Shown in pieces: positions 1 to 9,942 of a stretch of DNA of 60,616 nt. A program made the position numbers and the translations under genes. Source of the DNA: an uncultured Dehalococcoidales bacterium (lineage in GTDB: Bacteria > Chloroflexota > Dehalococcoidia > Dehalococcoidales > G020351185); NCBI GenBank assembly GCA_964354125.1, contig CAYGXW010000004.1, positions 1-60,616 of the forward strand, written 5' to 3'. Numbering within the stretch: the stretch's first letter is position 1; every line of letters starts with the position of its first letter. Below the pieces are notes generated by a model that searched no databases, was not told the DNA's origin, and saw nothing but the letters and a program-made list of their open reading frames with translations.

Positions 1-16
1 TTGTTTAAAATCCACA

Positions 17-122
17 GGGTGTTTAAGAGGGGCGTTAGCCCCTCTTTCTATATTTCCCCCTCTCTTTAATAAAGAGAGGGGGACAAAGGGGGAGAGATTT
101 ATAAAAGGGGGTGAGGTCGGTA
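17..122. repeat. Palindromic polypurine/polypyrimidine repeat element, copy A (opposite orientation to B-D)
   Basis: Perfect hairpins AAGAGGGGC-gtta-GCCCCTCTT (25-46) and CCCCCTCTCTTT-aat-AAAGAGAGGGGG (56-82); its reverse complement resembles the elements at 9772, 12776 and 27104. Confidence 0.75.
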
Positions 123-189
123 GGAAATAATGCTATAATGAATATATTCTGAAGGAGTTAAAGACTATTTTATAAGGGAGTCAAAAACG

Positions 190-1128
190 ATGGACGAACT
201 GAAGGTATTTACCGGTAACGCTCACCCTGCTTTGGCTAAGGCGGTTACTAAATACCTAGACATACCACTGGGCAAATGTGAGGTCTTCCAGTTTAGCAAT
301 GAAAATATCTTCGTTCGTATTCTGGAGAACGTGCGCTCACGTGATACCTTTGTTATTCAGCCTGTCTGTTCCCCGGTCAACAATAACCTGGTGGAACTGC
401 TTATTATGCTGGATGCACTGAAGAGGGCGTCAGCCGGGCGTATTACCGCCGTCGTCCCCTACTATGGCTATGGCCGCACCGATAAGAAAGACCAACCCCG
501 GGTACCGATAACAGCCAGGTTAGTAGCCGACCTGCTCACTGTAGCCGGGGCAAACCGATTACTAACCGTTGACTTACACGCAGGACAGATACAGGGCTTT
601 TTTAGTATCCCGGTTGATGAGCTAACTGCCCTTAACCTCCTCAGCGCCTACTTTAAGGAGAAAAAGCTGGATAACCCGGTTGTAGTCGCTACCGATATCG
701 GTATTACCAAGCGAGCAAGAGACCTGGCACACAACCTTAATGCACCACTGGCTATTATGGAAAAAAGGCGCATCGGCAATAGAGACCAGATAGAGACGCT
801 GAATGTTATTGGTGAAGTAAAGGATAGAACAGCCCTTACTGTGGATGATGAAATAGATACCGCCGGCTCCCTGGTAAATACGGTTAATATATTGATAGAA
901 CGGGGCGCCAGAGAGGTATACGCCTGCTGCACACATCCGGTGTTTTCGGGACCAGCTATTCAACGGATAGCCTCGTCCCCGGTAAAGGAAGTGGTGGTTA
1001 CCAACACCATCCCGGTTAATAAAGGAAAAAAATTAGATAAAATTACTATCCTGTCCATAGCGCCACTTCTGGGCGAGGCTATCCACCGCATCCACACCGG
1101 ACAATCGGTCGGGGCTCTTTTTGAATAA
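190..1128 (+). CDS. prs: Ribose-phosphate pyrophosphokinase
   Basis: VVPYYGYGRTDKK, DLHAGQIQGFF and DDEIDTAGS (PRPP-binding) motifs. Confidence 0.97.
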   Translation: MDELKVFTGNAHPALAKAVTKYLDIPLGKCEVFQFSNENIFVRILENVRSRDTFVIQPVCSPVNNNLVELLIMLDALKRASAGRITAVVPYYGYGRTDKKDQPRVPITARLVADLLTVAGANRLLTVDLHAGQIQGFFSIPVDELTALNLLSAYFKEKKLDNPVVVATDIGITKRARDLAHNLNAPLAIMEKRRIGNRDQIETLNVIGEVKDRTALTVDDEIDTAGSLVNTVNILIERGAREVYACCTHPVFSGPAIQRIASSPVKEVVVTNTIPVNKGKKLDKITILSIAPLLGEAIHRIHTGQSVGALFE

Positions 1129-1351
1129 GCAACAGAAAATGATAGAGGTATACAAGGCTAAAGGCGAGCTGGAGGCACAGGTCATCAAGGGCTTGCTAGA
1201 AAGCTATGGGATACCCTGCCTGCTCCAGTCGCACGCCGCCAGCTCGGTACACAGCTTTGTCTTTGACGGTATGGGCGAGGTCAGGGTTTTGGTATCAGAA
1301 AAGGTAGCTGATGAAGCCAGGAAACTGATTATGGCGAACGGAAATGTTTAA
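1121..1351 (+). CDS. Small DUF2007-like putative signal-transducing protein
   Basis: EAQVIKGLLESYGIPC...GEVRVLV pattern; overlaps the prs stop and the secA start. Confidence 0.7.
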   Translation: MNKQQKMIEVYKAKGELEAQVIKGLLESYGIPCLLQSHAASSVHSFVFDGMGEVRVLVSEKVADEARKLIMANGNV

Positions 1352-4088
1352 GTGGTTGGGTAGCCTCAGGGATTCCAATGAGAAAGAGCTGAAACGGCTT
1401 GAGCCAGTAGTAGAGCGGATAAATAAGCTAGAGCCCGAGTTTAGTAAGCTCGGTGACGAGGAACTTCGCTTAAAAACCGATGAGTTTAAGACACGACTGG
1501 CAGAAGCTACTGCCAAGATTCGGCAACAATTGATTGAGGCACGCAAGAAACAAGAGGAAACTCGGCAACTAGAGAAAGAGCTTACAGAAATCGAGAGCCG
1601 GGTTTTAGGCGAGCTACTGCCGGAAGCCTATGCCGCCGTCCGCGAAGCCGCCAAGCGAAATATAGACCAGCGTCACTTTGATGTCCAGCTAATGGGGGGC
1701 ATCGTCCTCCACCAGGGTAAAATCGCCGAGATGAAGACCGGCGAGGGTAAGACCTTGGTGGCAACACTACCCCTTTATCTTAATTCTCTTACCGAAAAAG
1801 GCTGTCATCTGGTTACTGTTAATGATTATCTGGCACGGCGGGACCCCTACTGGATGGGGCCCATCTACCACGCCCTAGGGGTCAGTGTCGCCAGTATCTA
1901 CCCGATGCAGACCCCGGATGAGCACACCCCAGCCCGGCTTTATGACCCTGGCTATGACTCCGGCAAGGAGAATGACCCCTGGCGACACTTCAAGCCCATC
2001 ACTCGCAAAGAGGCTTACCAGGCGGATATCACCTACGGCACCAGCGCCGAGTTTGGTTTTGACTATCTCAGGGATAACATGGCCATTGACCTATCACGCT
2101 GTGTCCAGCGACAGCTTAACTATGCCATCGTCGACGAGGTCGACAACCTGCTTATTGACGAAGCACGCACCCCTCTTATCATCAGCGCCCCCGATGTTGA
2201 GGCAGGGCAAAAATACCAGATATTCGCCCGCTTAATTCAGCACCTCAAGCCAGAGGTGGACTACGAGGTCAAGATAAAGGAGCGCAGTGCCGAGCTGACC
2301 GACGAAGGCTTCAACACCATGGAAAGGCTACTCAAGCGTGAGGGAGTGCTGAAGTCAGCCAGCCTTTACGACCCGGAAAGTGCCGACCTGATGCGCCACT
2401 TAATAAACGCCCTAACTGCCAGGGAGTTCTATAAAAGAGACCAGCAGTATGTCGTCAAGGATGGGCAGGTTATCATCGTTGATGAATTTACCGGACGGCT
2501 GATGCTTGGCCGCCGCTACTCCGAGGGCTTGCACCAGGCGATAGAGGCCAAGGAGCGGGTCAAGGTCCAGCAGGAAAGCCGCACCTTTGCCACCATCACC
2601 ATCCAGAACTACTTCCGTATGTATGATAAGCTGGCCGGCATGACTGGCACCGCTGTCACCGAAGCCGAGGAGTTCCACAAGATATATAAGCTAGAGGTGG
2701 TGGTCATCCCCACCAACAAGCCAATGATAAGAAATGACCACCCCGACCAGATTTACAAGGATGAGGATTCCAAATTCAAGGCGGTGGCAAATGAAATTGC
2801 ACAGGTTCATAAAGAGGGGCGCCCGGTGCTTATCGGCACGGTGTCCATTGAGAAATCAGAACTCTTAAGCGACCAATTAAAGAGGAAAGGTGTCCCACAT
2901 CAGGTGCTAAATGCCAAACTGCATGAAAAAGAAGCCAGCATCATTGCTCAGGCAGGTGAACCGGGTGCTGTTACCGTAGCCACCAATATGGCTGGACGCG
3001 GCGTTGATATTGTGCTTGGTGGTAAGGAACCGGAAAATGGCGACAATCCGGAGTGGCGGAAGTGGCAGGAGAAACACAACAAGATAGTTGAGCTCGGCGG
3101 ACTGCATGTCATCGGCACCGAGCGCCACGAAGCACGCCGCATTGATAACCAGCTCCGGGGTAGAGCCGGTCGCCAGGGAGACCCGGGCAGCTCCCGCTTC
3201 TATGTTTCCCTGGAGGACGATATTATGCGCCGCTTCGGTGGTGACCGCATCAAGGGCATAATGGACTGGGCTGGCTTTGATGAGAATACCCCGATTGAGA
3301 ACAGGCTGGTCAGCCGCTCCATTGAGGGCGCCCAGACACGGGTTGAGGGCTACCACTTTGATATGCGCAAGCATATAGTGGAATACGATGATGTCATCAA
3401 TATGCAGCGTGAGGTTATCTATGGCGAACGTCTGAAGATTATTAGCAGCGCTGACCTTAAATCCAACATTCTATCGTTGGTCAGCAATGAGATTAAAAAT
3501 ATTGTGTCGGCTCATATAGCTGATACGGAAAATGACCAGGCTATGGAGAGCCTTATTGCCGATGTAGCCACCATCCTCCCCCTACCCCCGGAGATAAACG
3601 CCCGGACGCTGTCACAGATGAAACCAGAGCAGACAGAAAACAAACTAATGGAGCATGCCCAAGCCCTCTACCAACAGAAGGAAGAAGAGATAGGTCCTGA
3701 TAATATGAGAATACTGGAACGGATTGTGATGCTGCGTATCATAGACACCCTGTGGGTGGAGCACCTGACGGCTATGGACTATATGCGCCAGGGGATAGGG
3801 CTTCAGGCGGTAGGCCAGCGAGACCCACTGGTCGCCTACAAACGCAAAAGCCACGAGATGTTCCAGGAACTGCTCTCTACTATCCAGCATGATGTAGCGC
3901 ATACCATATTCCGTGTGGGTATCAGAAGGGAAGCCGCCCCCAGACCCGCGTCCCCAATGGTTGCGGTGGCTGGTGGGCAAACCAGAGACAGTAATCAACC
4001 ACCAAAGGCATCCGGTAAAAGGGTGGGCAGAAACGACCCCTGCCCCTGTGGCAGTGGCAAGAAATACAAAAAATGCTGCGGGAAGTGA
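1344..4088 (+). CDS. secA: Preprotein translocase ATPase SecA
   Basis: MKTGEGKT, DEVD, ATNMAGRG, QLRGRAGRQGDPG and C-terminal SEC-C motif GRNDPCPCGSGKKYKKCC. Confidence 0.99.
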   Translation: MFKWLGSLRDSNEKELKRLEPVVERINKLEPEFSKLGDEELRLKTDEFKTRLAEATAKIRQQLIEARKKQEETRQLEKELTEIESRVLGELLPEAYAAVREAAKRNIDQRHFDVQLMGGIVLHQGKIAEMKTGEGKTLVATLPLYLNSLTEKGCHLVTVNDYLARRDPYWMGPIYHALGVSVASIYPMQTPDEHTPARLYDPGYDSGKENDPWRHFKPITRKEAYQADITYGTSAEFGFDYLRDNMAIDLSRCVQRQLNYAIVDEVDNLLIDEARTPLIISAPDVEAGQKYQIFARLIQHLKPEVDYEVKIKERSAELTDEGFNTMERLLKREGVLKSASLYDPESADLMRHLINALTAREFYKRDQQYVVKDGQVIIVDEFTGRLMLGRRYSEGLHQAIEAKERVKVQQESRTFATITIQNYFRMYDKLAGMTGTAVTEAEEFHKIYKLEVVVIPTNKPMIRNDHPDQIYKDEDSKFKAVANEIAQVHKEGRPVLIGTVSIEKSELLSDQLKRKGVPHQVLNAKLHEKEASIIAQAGEPGAVTVATNMAGRGVDIVLGGKEPENGDNPEWRKWQEKHNKIVELGGLHVIGTERHEARRIDNQLRGRAGRQGDPGSSRFYVSLEDDIMRRFGGDRIKGIMDWAGFDENTPIENRLVSRSIEGAQTRVEGYHFDMRKHIVEYDDVINMQREVIYGERLKIISSADLKSNILSLVSNEIKNIVSAHIADTENDQAMESLIADVATILPLPPEINARTLSQMKPEQTENKLMEHAQALYQQKEEEIGPDNMRILERIVMLRIIDTLWVEHLTAMDYMRQGIGLQAVGQRDPLVAYKRKSHEMFQELLSTIQHDVAHTIFRVGIRREAAPRPASPMVAVAGGQTRDSNQPPKASGKRVGRNDPCPCGSGKKYKKCCGK

Positions 4089-4124
4089 AACCATTATTGA
4101 TACCATTATATAGAGGTTACTATT

Positions 4125-5009
4125 ATGGTTGGAGTAAATAATCTTTACAGGACAAAGCTAAATATCAGTTGTCAAAGAACCTGTAATTGCAAACCAAGTC
4201 ATATTAATTGTATGGCAGCAAAGGAATGGCTTAAGAGTCAGCTTGGTGTATGGCAATTTAATTATGAGGCTAGGGATATTCGTGATAAAAATATTCATCC
4301 AGCAACCTTCCCTATTTCCTTAGCTAAGAAGGTTATAGAATTGTTCACCCATGAGGGCGAGCTTGTACTAGACCCATTTGTTGGCAGCGGCACAACATTA
4401 GTTGCTTCCAGAGATACAAACAGAAACGCTGTCGGTTTTGACCTACAAGAGCAATACATTGATTTATGTAGACAACGTCTTGCTCAAACTAGTTTTCTTG
4501 GAAAAGTAGAGCAGATAGCAGTTCAAGATGATGCTAGGTATATACAAGAATACTTTGAGCCAGAAACAATCAGTCTAATATTTACTTCACCACCATATGC
4601 GAATCTCCTAAACAGGGAACGAAAGAATAAATCACGAAGATTCAGGAATAATGAGCAATTAGGGAAGATAGAGCAATATTCACAGGACTCTCGAGACCTT
4701 GGAACTATGCAACTTGATAAATATACCAATGCTATGGGAGAAATATTCGAAGCACTCTTACCATTACTTCGCCCGAAAGCACATTGTGTAATAAATGTGC
4801 CTGATATGTGGTGGGAAAACACGAGAATAACAATCCATGTTTCACTTATCGAAGAAATGAGGAAACGCGGATACGAACTCAGGAATATAATAATCTGGGA
4901 TAGGACAAACCTTGTTAATCGTATTGGAATATTCGGCTGGCCAAGTAATTATATTACTATGGGTGTAACTTTCGAATACCTCTTAGATTTTAGGAGACCA
5001 GCAAAATGA
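4125..5009 (+). CDS. N4-cytosine/N6-adenine DNA methyltransferase
   Basis: HPATFP, SAM-binding DPFVGSGTT followed by catalytic TSPPY; AT-richer than the flanks. Confidence 0.9.
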   Translation: MVGVNNLYRTKLNISCQRTCNCKPSHINCMAAKEWLKSQLGVWQFNYEARDIRDKNIHPATFPISLAKKVIELFTHEGELVLDPFVGSGTTLVASRDTNRNAVGFDLQEQYIDLCRQRLAQTSFLGKVEQIAVQDDARYIQEYFEPETISLIFTSPPYANLLNRERKNKSRRFRNNEQLGKIEQYSQDSRDLGTMQLDKYTNAMGEIFEALLPLLRPKAHCVINVPDMWWENTRITIHVSLIEEMRKRGYELRNIIIWDRTNLVNRIGIFGWPSNYITMGVTFEYLLDFRRPAK

Positions 5010-5812
5010 GGCTATATTCAAAAGACGAACTTATTGAACTAATAAGTGAGATTTTCCGGCAAGGCTGGCATAAAAGTGTTAAAGAGACTGCCGACTTTCG
5101 TAACGATGGTGCAGTAGGAAATACTTTAGAAACGCTTCTTGGTATAAAGGAAAACAATCTACCAATACCCAACGCAAGTGAGTGGGAACTAAAGGGGCAA
5201 AGAGCTCATACTAGCTCATTAATCACACTAAAGCACATTGAACCATCACCTACTGCTGTAGGCGTCGTATCAAAATTCTTGCTTCCGTATTATGGTTGGG
5301 GACATAAGCAGGCTGGTAAAAAATATACACAGACAGAGATGAGTTTCAGGTCAACAACTAGTGCAACAGCTTATACCAACAGGGGATTTAGAATTGCCAT
5401 TGATAAACAACAGCAGAAGCTAAGACTTATCTTTTCCTCTACGAAAGTTGACATTAACAACCCAAGTATCGCGCAATGGTTGAATACAGTAGAAAGAAGG
5501 ATTGGGCCTGGGCCTCTTGACCCCGAACCCTATTGGGGATTTGAGGATTTAAAGTATGCGATTGGTTCTAAAATTAGAAATTGTTTCTATGTTGTTGCGA
5601 ATAGTAAGATAGAGGGGAAAAGAGAATTTTTTCTATATAAGGATTTATATATTCTATCCGGGTTTTCATTCGAAAAATTCATTAGTTGTATTGAACACGG
5701 TGCAATTCTTGTTGATTTTGACGCACGGACTGGACATAACCACGGGACTAAATTCCGTATTAGACAAGGACATTGGAGAGATTTATATTCAGAAGTAAAG
5801 CATATTATTTAA
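5006..5812 (+). CDS. MvaI/BcnI-family type II restriction endonuclease
   Basis: NDGAVGNTLETLLGIKENN...WELK and HNHGTKFRI motifs typical of the MvaI/BcnI family; ATGA overlap with the MTase. Confidence 0.82.
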   Translation: MRLYSKDELIELISEIFRQGWHKSVKETADFRNDGAVGNTLETLLGIKENNLPIPNASEWELKGQRAHTSSLITLKHIEPSPTAVGVVSKFLLPYYGWGHKQAGKKYTQTEMSFRSTTSATAYTNRGFRIAIDKQQQKLRLIFSSTKVDINNPSIAQWLNTVERRIGPGPLDPEPYWGFEDLKYAIGSKIRNCFYVVANSKIEGKREFFLYKDLYILSGFSFEKFISCIEHGAILVDFDARTGHNHGTKFRIRQGHWRDLYSEVKHII

Positions 5813-5816
5813 TCCC

Positions 5817-6524
5817 ATGACTACCACTAAACTCAAACCGCAATCCTCCCCCCTCGCCCCGGCGGAGGGGGAGGCGATAAGGCATCTTAAAGAGGCTATC
5901 GCCAGTGGTAAGAACTGGTATATTGCCCTGCTGGAGGCTATCGGTCGGTGGGAGTCCGCCGAAGAGACGATAGACGGTAGACTATATCGCTACCTCATAG
6001 AAGGCGAAGCCCTGGACTGGCTTGTGCTTGCCGAACGCCTGTGCCAGGAAATAGACAGCTTTCTGCCCGAAGACGAGAAGGTGGCTCTCCTTTTCCACGG
6101 TAAGCCACCCATTAAGCTCACTGCAAGCGAGTTCAAGAAGTTTATCGGCAGCCAAAAGTACCATCAATACCTGAACTACTTCTATGGCATCATCGCCGAA
6201 GAGGCTATGGTTCAGGCAGTGGAAGAAGAGGTGCGCAAGGAGAGGCAGGCTCTAGGACGAAATAATGAGCAGGATATAGCCGATGAGGTATACCGCCGCA
6301 TATACGGCGCCAATCAACAGGAGCTACTCAGGCTTTTCAGGCACGAAAGGAGATATCCCCGCAGAAGGTCTATAGGTCTGGCTGAGTTAAAAGAGTTTAC
6401 CTACTGGTTATTCAAGTACCGCCTGAAAAACTGCGACAAGGCTAAGGTCGCCAGCGACACCAAGAAGGCGCTTAATTGGCTAAAAGATAACGCTTCCCAA
6501 TATCCAGGACAACTGGTTCAATAG
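5817..6524 (+). CDS. Hypothetical protein
   Basis: 235-aa ORF with backbone-like composition; no recognised motif. Confidence 0.75.
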   Translation: MTTTKLKPQSSPLAPAEGEAIRHLKEAIASGKNWYIALLEAIGRWESAEETIDGRLYRYLIEGEALDWLVLAERLCQEIDSFLPEDEKVALLFHGKPPIKLTASEFKKFIGSQKYHQYLNYFYGIIAEEAMVQAVEEEVRKERQALGRNNEQDIADEVYRRIYGANQQELLRLFRHERRYPRRRSIGLAELKEFTYWLFKYRLKNCDKAKVASDTKKALNWLKDNASQYPGQLVQ

Positions 6525-6559
6525 CTTATAACGAAGAGGGCAATTTACTTCAGCACCTA

Positions 6560-6588
6560 TTGACACACCCCCCCAGGCTATGTAAAAA
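6560..6588 (+). promoter_or_regulatory. Sigma70-type promoter
   Basis: TTGACA-17 bp-TAAAAT upstream of the RBS (AGGAGG) of the 6662 ORF. Confidence 0.6.
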
Positions 6589-6661
6589 TTACACGAGTAA
6601 TATTTTGGTCGGACTTAAATAGTGGAGTGCCTAAAAGCCACTCCCTAGACTAGGAGGTAAG

Positions 6662-7042
6662 TTGATGAGTAGTCTAAACCTGAAGTTAGCTCTGATTATC
6701 TATGGAGCGATACATATCGCCCAAGGCATAATCTTACTTGTCGTACCCGATAGGGTAACCGAGTTCTCTGGCTTTGAGGTACTGGTATCATCTGAATATT
6801 TCCTTGCCATACTCGGTGGCGCCTTTATCGCCGCTGGAGTCTTGTTTGCCATAGCCGGCTTAAATCCGATACAGAATATTAACGGTATCAAGTTCGCTAT
6901 ACTATGGGCTGGACTGATGTTAATAATACCGCTATTTGCTCTCGGACGAGATTATGTTGATGTCGGTCATATATGGTTCATAGTTGTTGAAAATGCCATC
7001 TTTGTTGCCGCCTTCCTCATCTTCTACCCCTATCGGCGCTAG
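6662..7042 (+). CDS. Small four-TM membrane protein
   Basis: Four hydrophobic segments; AGGAGG RBS. Confidence 0.75.
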   Translation: MMSSLNLKLALIIYGAIHIAQGIILLVVPDRVTEFSGFEVLVSSEYFLAILGGAFIAAGVLFAIAGLNPIQNINGIKFAILWAGLMLIIPLFALGRDYVDVGHIWFIVVENAIFVAAFLIFYPYRR

Positions 7043-7078
7043 CTTGAATATACCGGCTTCATCAAAAATCTTCCAGGC

Positions 7079-9751
7079 TCAAGCATTAAGCTGATTAAGG
7101 TGCTGCTTGAGCCTGCCCAGTTTATCCTTTTTAGCTTCCAGCTTAGCCCGCTCTTTATCAACAACAGCTTTTGGTGCTTTGGTCAGGAAAGCCTTATTAC
7201 TCAACATAGTCTCAAGATGGGTAACTTCATCCTGAATTTGCACTATCTCCTTCTTGAGCCGTTCCTTCTCAGCCTCAAGGTCAAACATGCTTGCCATCGG
7301 TATGACCACCTCAGCCTCTTTCAGTACCAAGACTAGGGCATTATCCTCGGGTTTACCTTGCCTTTCACCATAAATAACTGGAATTGCTTTGGCCAGAGTC
7401 TGTATAGCCTGGGAATACGGGGTGATAGCCGATTTAAGCTCGCCGCTATAGATTTGTGCCTCAATCCACCTGGTGCTCCCTACATTATATTGAGTCCGGG
7501 CATTGCGTACAGAGCGTATTATTTCTATCACTGATGCCATAACCCGCTCCGCCTGTGGGTCAATAGCTGCCTCTTCAGCCTCGGGATAGGCGGCCACTAT
7601 TATAGAGTCAGCTATTTTTTGGTCTTGTGGTAGGTAGCCTCTCAGGTTTTGCCACAGCTCCTCGGTAATAAAAGGCATATAGGGGTGCAGTAGGCGAAGG
7701 GAAGTCTCAAGAACATGAAACAAAACCGGCACCGGCGAAGGCACCCCCCCATTGGAACGGAGACGAATCTTGGCTATCTCAATATACCAGTCACAGAATT
7801 CCCCCCACATAAACTCATAGATTTGCCGGTAAGCCTCGCCAAACTGGTAATCCTCCATCAGGCTGGCTACACTGGATAAAGTGCGGCTCAGACGGCTTAA
7901 AATCCAGCGGTCCTCTAATGGCAAATTCTGCTGGATTTTCATATCGCCCTTGTATGATTTTATGCTCCTGACCACGAACCTAGCAGCATTCCACAGCTTA
8001 TTGGCGAAGTTGCGCCCCGCCTCCAGCCTTGATTCAGACAGCTTGATATCATTCCCCGGCGATGTACCAGTAGATAGGGCAAAGCGCATAGCATCGGTGC
8101 CGTACCTCTCCAGGGTATTAATCGGGTTGAGCACGTTACCCCTGACCTTGCTCATCTTCTCCCCTTTTTCATCACGCACCAGACCGTGAAGATAAACAGT
8201 GCTGAAAGGGATGTCGCCGGTATCCTCCAGTCCCATCATAATCATTCTGGCAACCCAGAAGAACAGGATGTCATAGCCGGTCTCCATTACCGTAGTCGGG
8301 TAGAAATAGCGCAGGTCCTGGGTATCATCAGGCCAGCCCAGGGTAGAATGTGTCCACAGTGCCGAGCTGAACCAGGTGTCCAGGACATCAGGGTCCTGCT
8401 CAATATCGCTTGAACGACAGCTTTGGCAGGCAGTAACATCATCAACACTCACCGTCAGTTCGCCACACTTGTGGCAATACCAGACCGGTATTCGGTGTCC
8501 CCACCATAGCTGGCGGGAGATGCACCAGTCACGGATATTCTCCATCCAGTTAAGGTACACCTTGGTAAAGCGTTCCGGGATAATCTTTATACCACCGCCA
8601 GTAACAGCCTGAATTGCCGGCTTGGCTAAAGGCTCCATCTTGATAAACCATTGCTTACTGGCTATTGGCTCAATGATAGTCTGGCAACGGTCACAGTGTC
8701 CCACTGAGTGGCTATAGGGTTCAACCTTAACTAAAAGCCCGTCTTTTTCCAGGTCAGCCAGTATCGCCCGACGGCAGGCAAACCGGTCAAGCCCAGCATA
8801 GGGTCCGGCGTTCTCATTCATAGTGGCATCATGGTTCAATATATTTATTAGTAATAGCCCCTGCCGCTGGGCAACCTCAAAGTCCACCGGGTCGTGAGCC
8901 GGGGTTATTTTGACCGCCCCGGTGCCGAATGCAGGGTCAACCGCCTCATCTGCTATTATAGGGATTACCCGGTTTACAGCAGGAAGGACAACTTCCTTAC
9001 CCACCATAGTTTTAAATCGCCTATCATCCGGGTTGACGGCAACCGCTGTATCCCCAAGTATTGTCTCGGGCCGGGTGGTGGCTACGGTAATAAACCGGCT
9101 GCTATCTTCAGCCATAGGATAGCGAACATAGTAAAGGTTTCCGGTTAATTCCTTGTGGTCTACCTCAAGGTCGGAAAGAGCAGTTGAACATCGGGGGCAC
9201 CAGTTGATAATCCGCTCCCCCCGATAGATTAGCCCCTTATCATAGAGATGGATAAAGGCAGTGCGTACCGCCCGGCTGGGACCCTCATCCAGGGTAAACA
9301 TCTCACGGCTCCAGTCACAGGAAGCACCCAGCCTCTGGTGTTGCTTGGAGATAGTACCACGACAGCTTTTAGCCCACTGCCACATCCTCTCTATAAACTT
9401 TTCCCTGCCCAGTTCATGCCTGTTGGTGCCTTCCTTGGCTAAGAGCTGCTCCACCACCACCTGAGCGGCGATGCCGGAGTGGTCAACGCCAGGCAACCAG
9501 AGCGTCGGTTCACCCCTCATCCGGTGCCAGCGAACCATAATATCCTCTATGGTTGCCGTCAGGGCATGCCCCACATGCAGTTCGCCGGTAACATTTGGCG
9601 GCGGCATTATAATAACAAAGGGTTTCTTCTTGGGGTCTATCTTGGGTTTGAAGTAGCCCTTTTCCAGCCAAAACTTATACCACTTCTGCTCTACCTTAGC
9701 CGGCTCATAGGCTTTGGGCATTTCGTCCTGATTTTTTGGTGTTTCTGTCAT
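7079..9751 (-). CDS. valS: Valine--tRNA ligase
   Basis: PPPNVTGELHVGH (HIGH), DWCISRQLWWGH, KMSK and C-terminal coiled-coil arm. Confidence 0.98.
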   Translation of the reverse strand: MTETPKNQDEMPKAYEPAKVEQKWYKFWLEKGYFKPKIDPKKKPFVIIMPPPNVTGELHVGHALTATIEDIMVRWHRMRGEPTLWLPGVDHSGIAAQVVVEQLLAKEGTNRHELGREKFIERMWQWAKSCRGTISKQHQRLGASCDWSREMFTLDEGPSRAVRTAFIHLYDKGLIYRGERIINWCPRCSTALSDLEVDHKELTGNLYYVRYPMAEDSSRFITVATTRPETILGDTAVAVNPDDRRFKTMVGKEVVLPAVNRVIPIIADEAVDPAFGTGAVKITPAHDPVDFEVAQRQGLLLINILNHDATMNENAGPYAGLDRFACRRAILADLEKDGLLVKVEPYSHSVGHCDRCQTIIEPIASKQWFIKMEPLAKPAIQAVTGGGIKIIPERFTKVYLNWMENIRDWCISRQLWWGHRIPVWYCHKCGELTVSVDDVTACQSCRSSDIEQDPDVLDTWFSSALWTHSTLGWPDDTQDLRYFYPTTVMETGYDILFFWVARMIMMGLEDTGDIPFSTVYLHGLVRDEKGEKMSKVRGNVLNPINTLERYGTDAMRFALSTGTSPGNDIKLSESRLEAGRNFANKLWNAARFVVRSIKSYKGDMKIQQNLPLEDRWILSRLSRTLSSVASLMEDYQFGEAYRQIYEFMWGEFCDWYIEIAKIRLRSNGGVPSPVPVLFHVLETSLRLLHPYMPFITEELWQNLRGYLPQDQKIADSIIVAAYPEAEEAAIDPQAERVMASVIEIIRSVRNARTQYNVGSTRWIEAQIYSGELKSAITPYSQAIQTLAKAIPVIYGERQGKPEDNALVLVLKEAEVVIPMASMFDLEAEKERLKKEIVQIQDEVTHLETMLSNKAFLTKAPKAVVDKERAKLEAKKDKLGRLKQHLNQLNA

Positions 9752-9771
9752 TCTTACCTCTTCATAATTTA

Positions 9772-9940
9772 GCTAACAACCTCACCCCTTAATCCACTCC
9801 CTCCTTAAGGGTGGTGGGTGGGAATAGATAATAAAAAGAATATATTTCCTATCTACCTCTCCCCCTGTATCCCCCTCTCCTTCAAAGGAGAGGGGGAGGA
9901 GGTTTTTAAGAGAGGCTTCGCCTCTCTTTGACTCTCCTTT
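9772..9940. repeat. Palindromic repeat element, copy B
   Basis: CCCCCTCTCCTT-ca-AAGGAGAGGGGG (9871-9896) and AAGAGAGGC-ttc-GCCTCTCTT (9908-9928); shares GTGGTGGGTGGG.ATAGATAATAAAAA with copy C. Confidence 0.8.
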
Positions 9941-9942
9941 AC

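Noticed and set aside
9752-9942. T-box leader for valS
   Set aside because: No T-box consensus recognised; the space is occupied by palindromic repeat B
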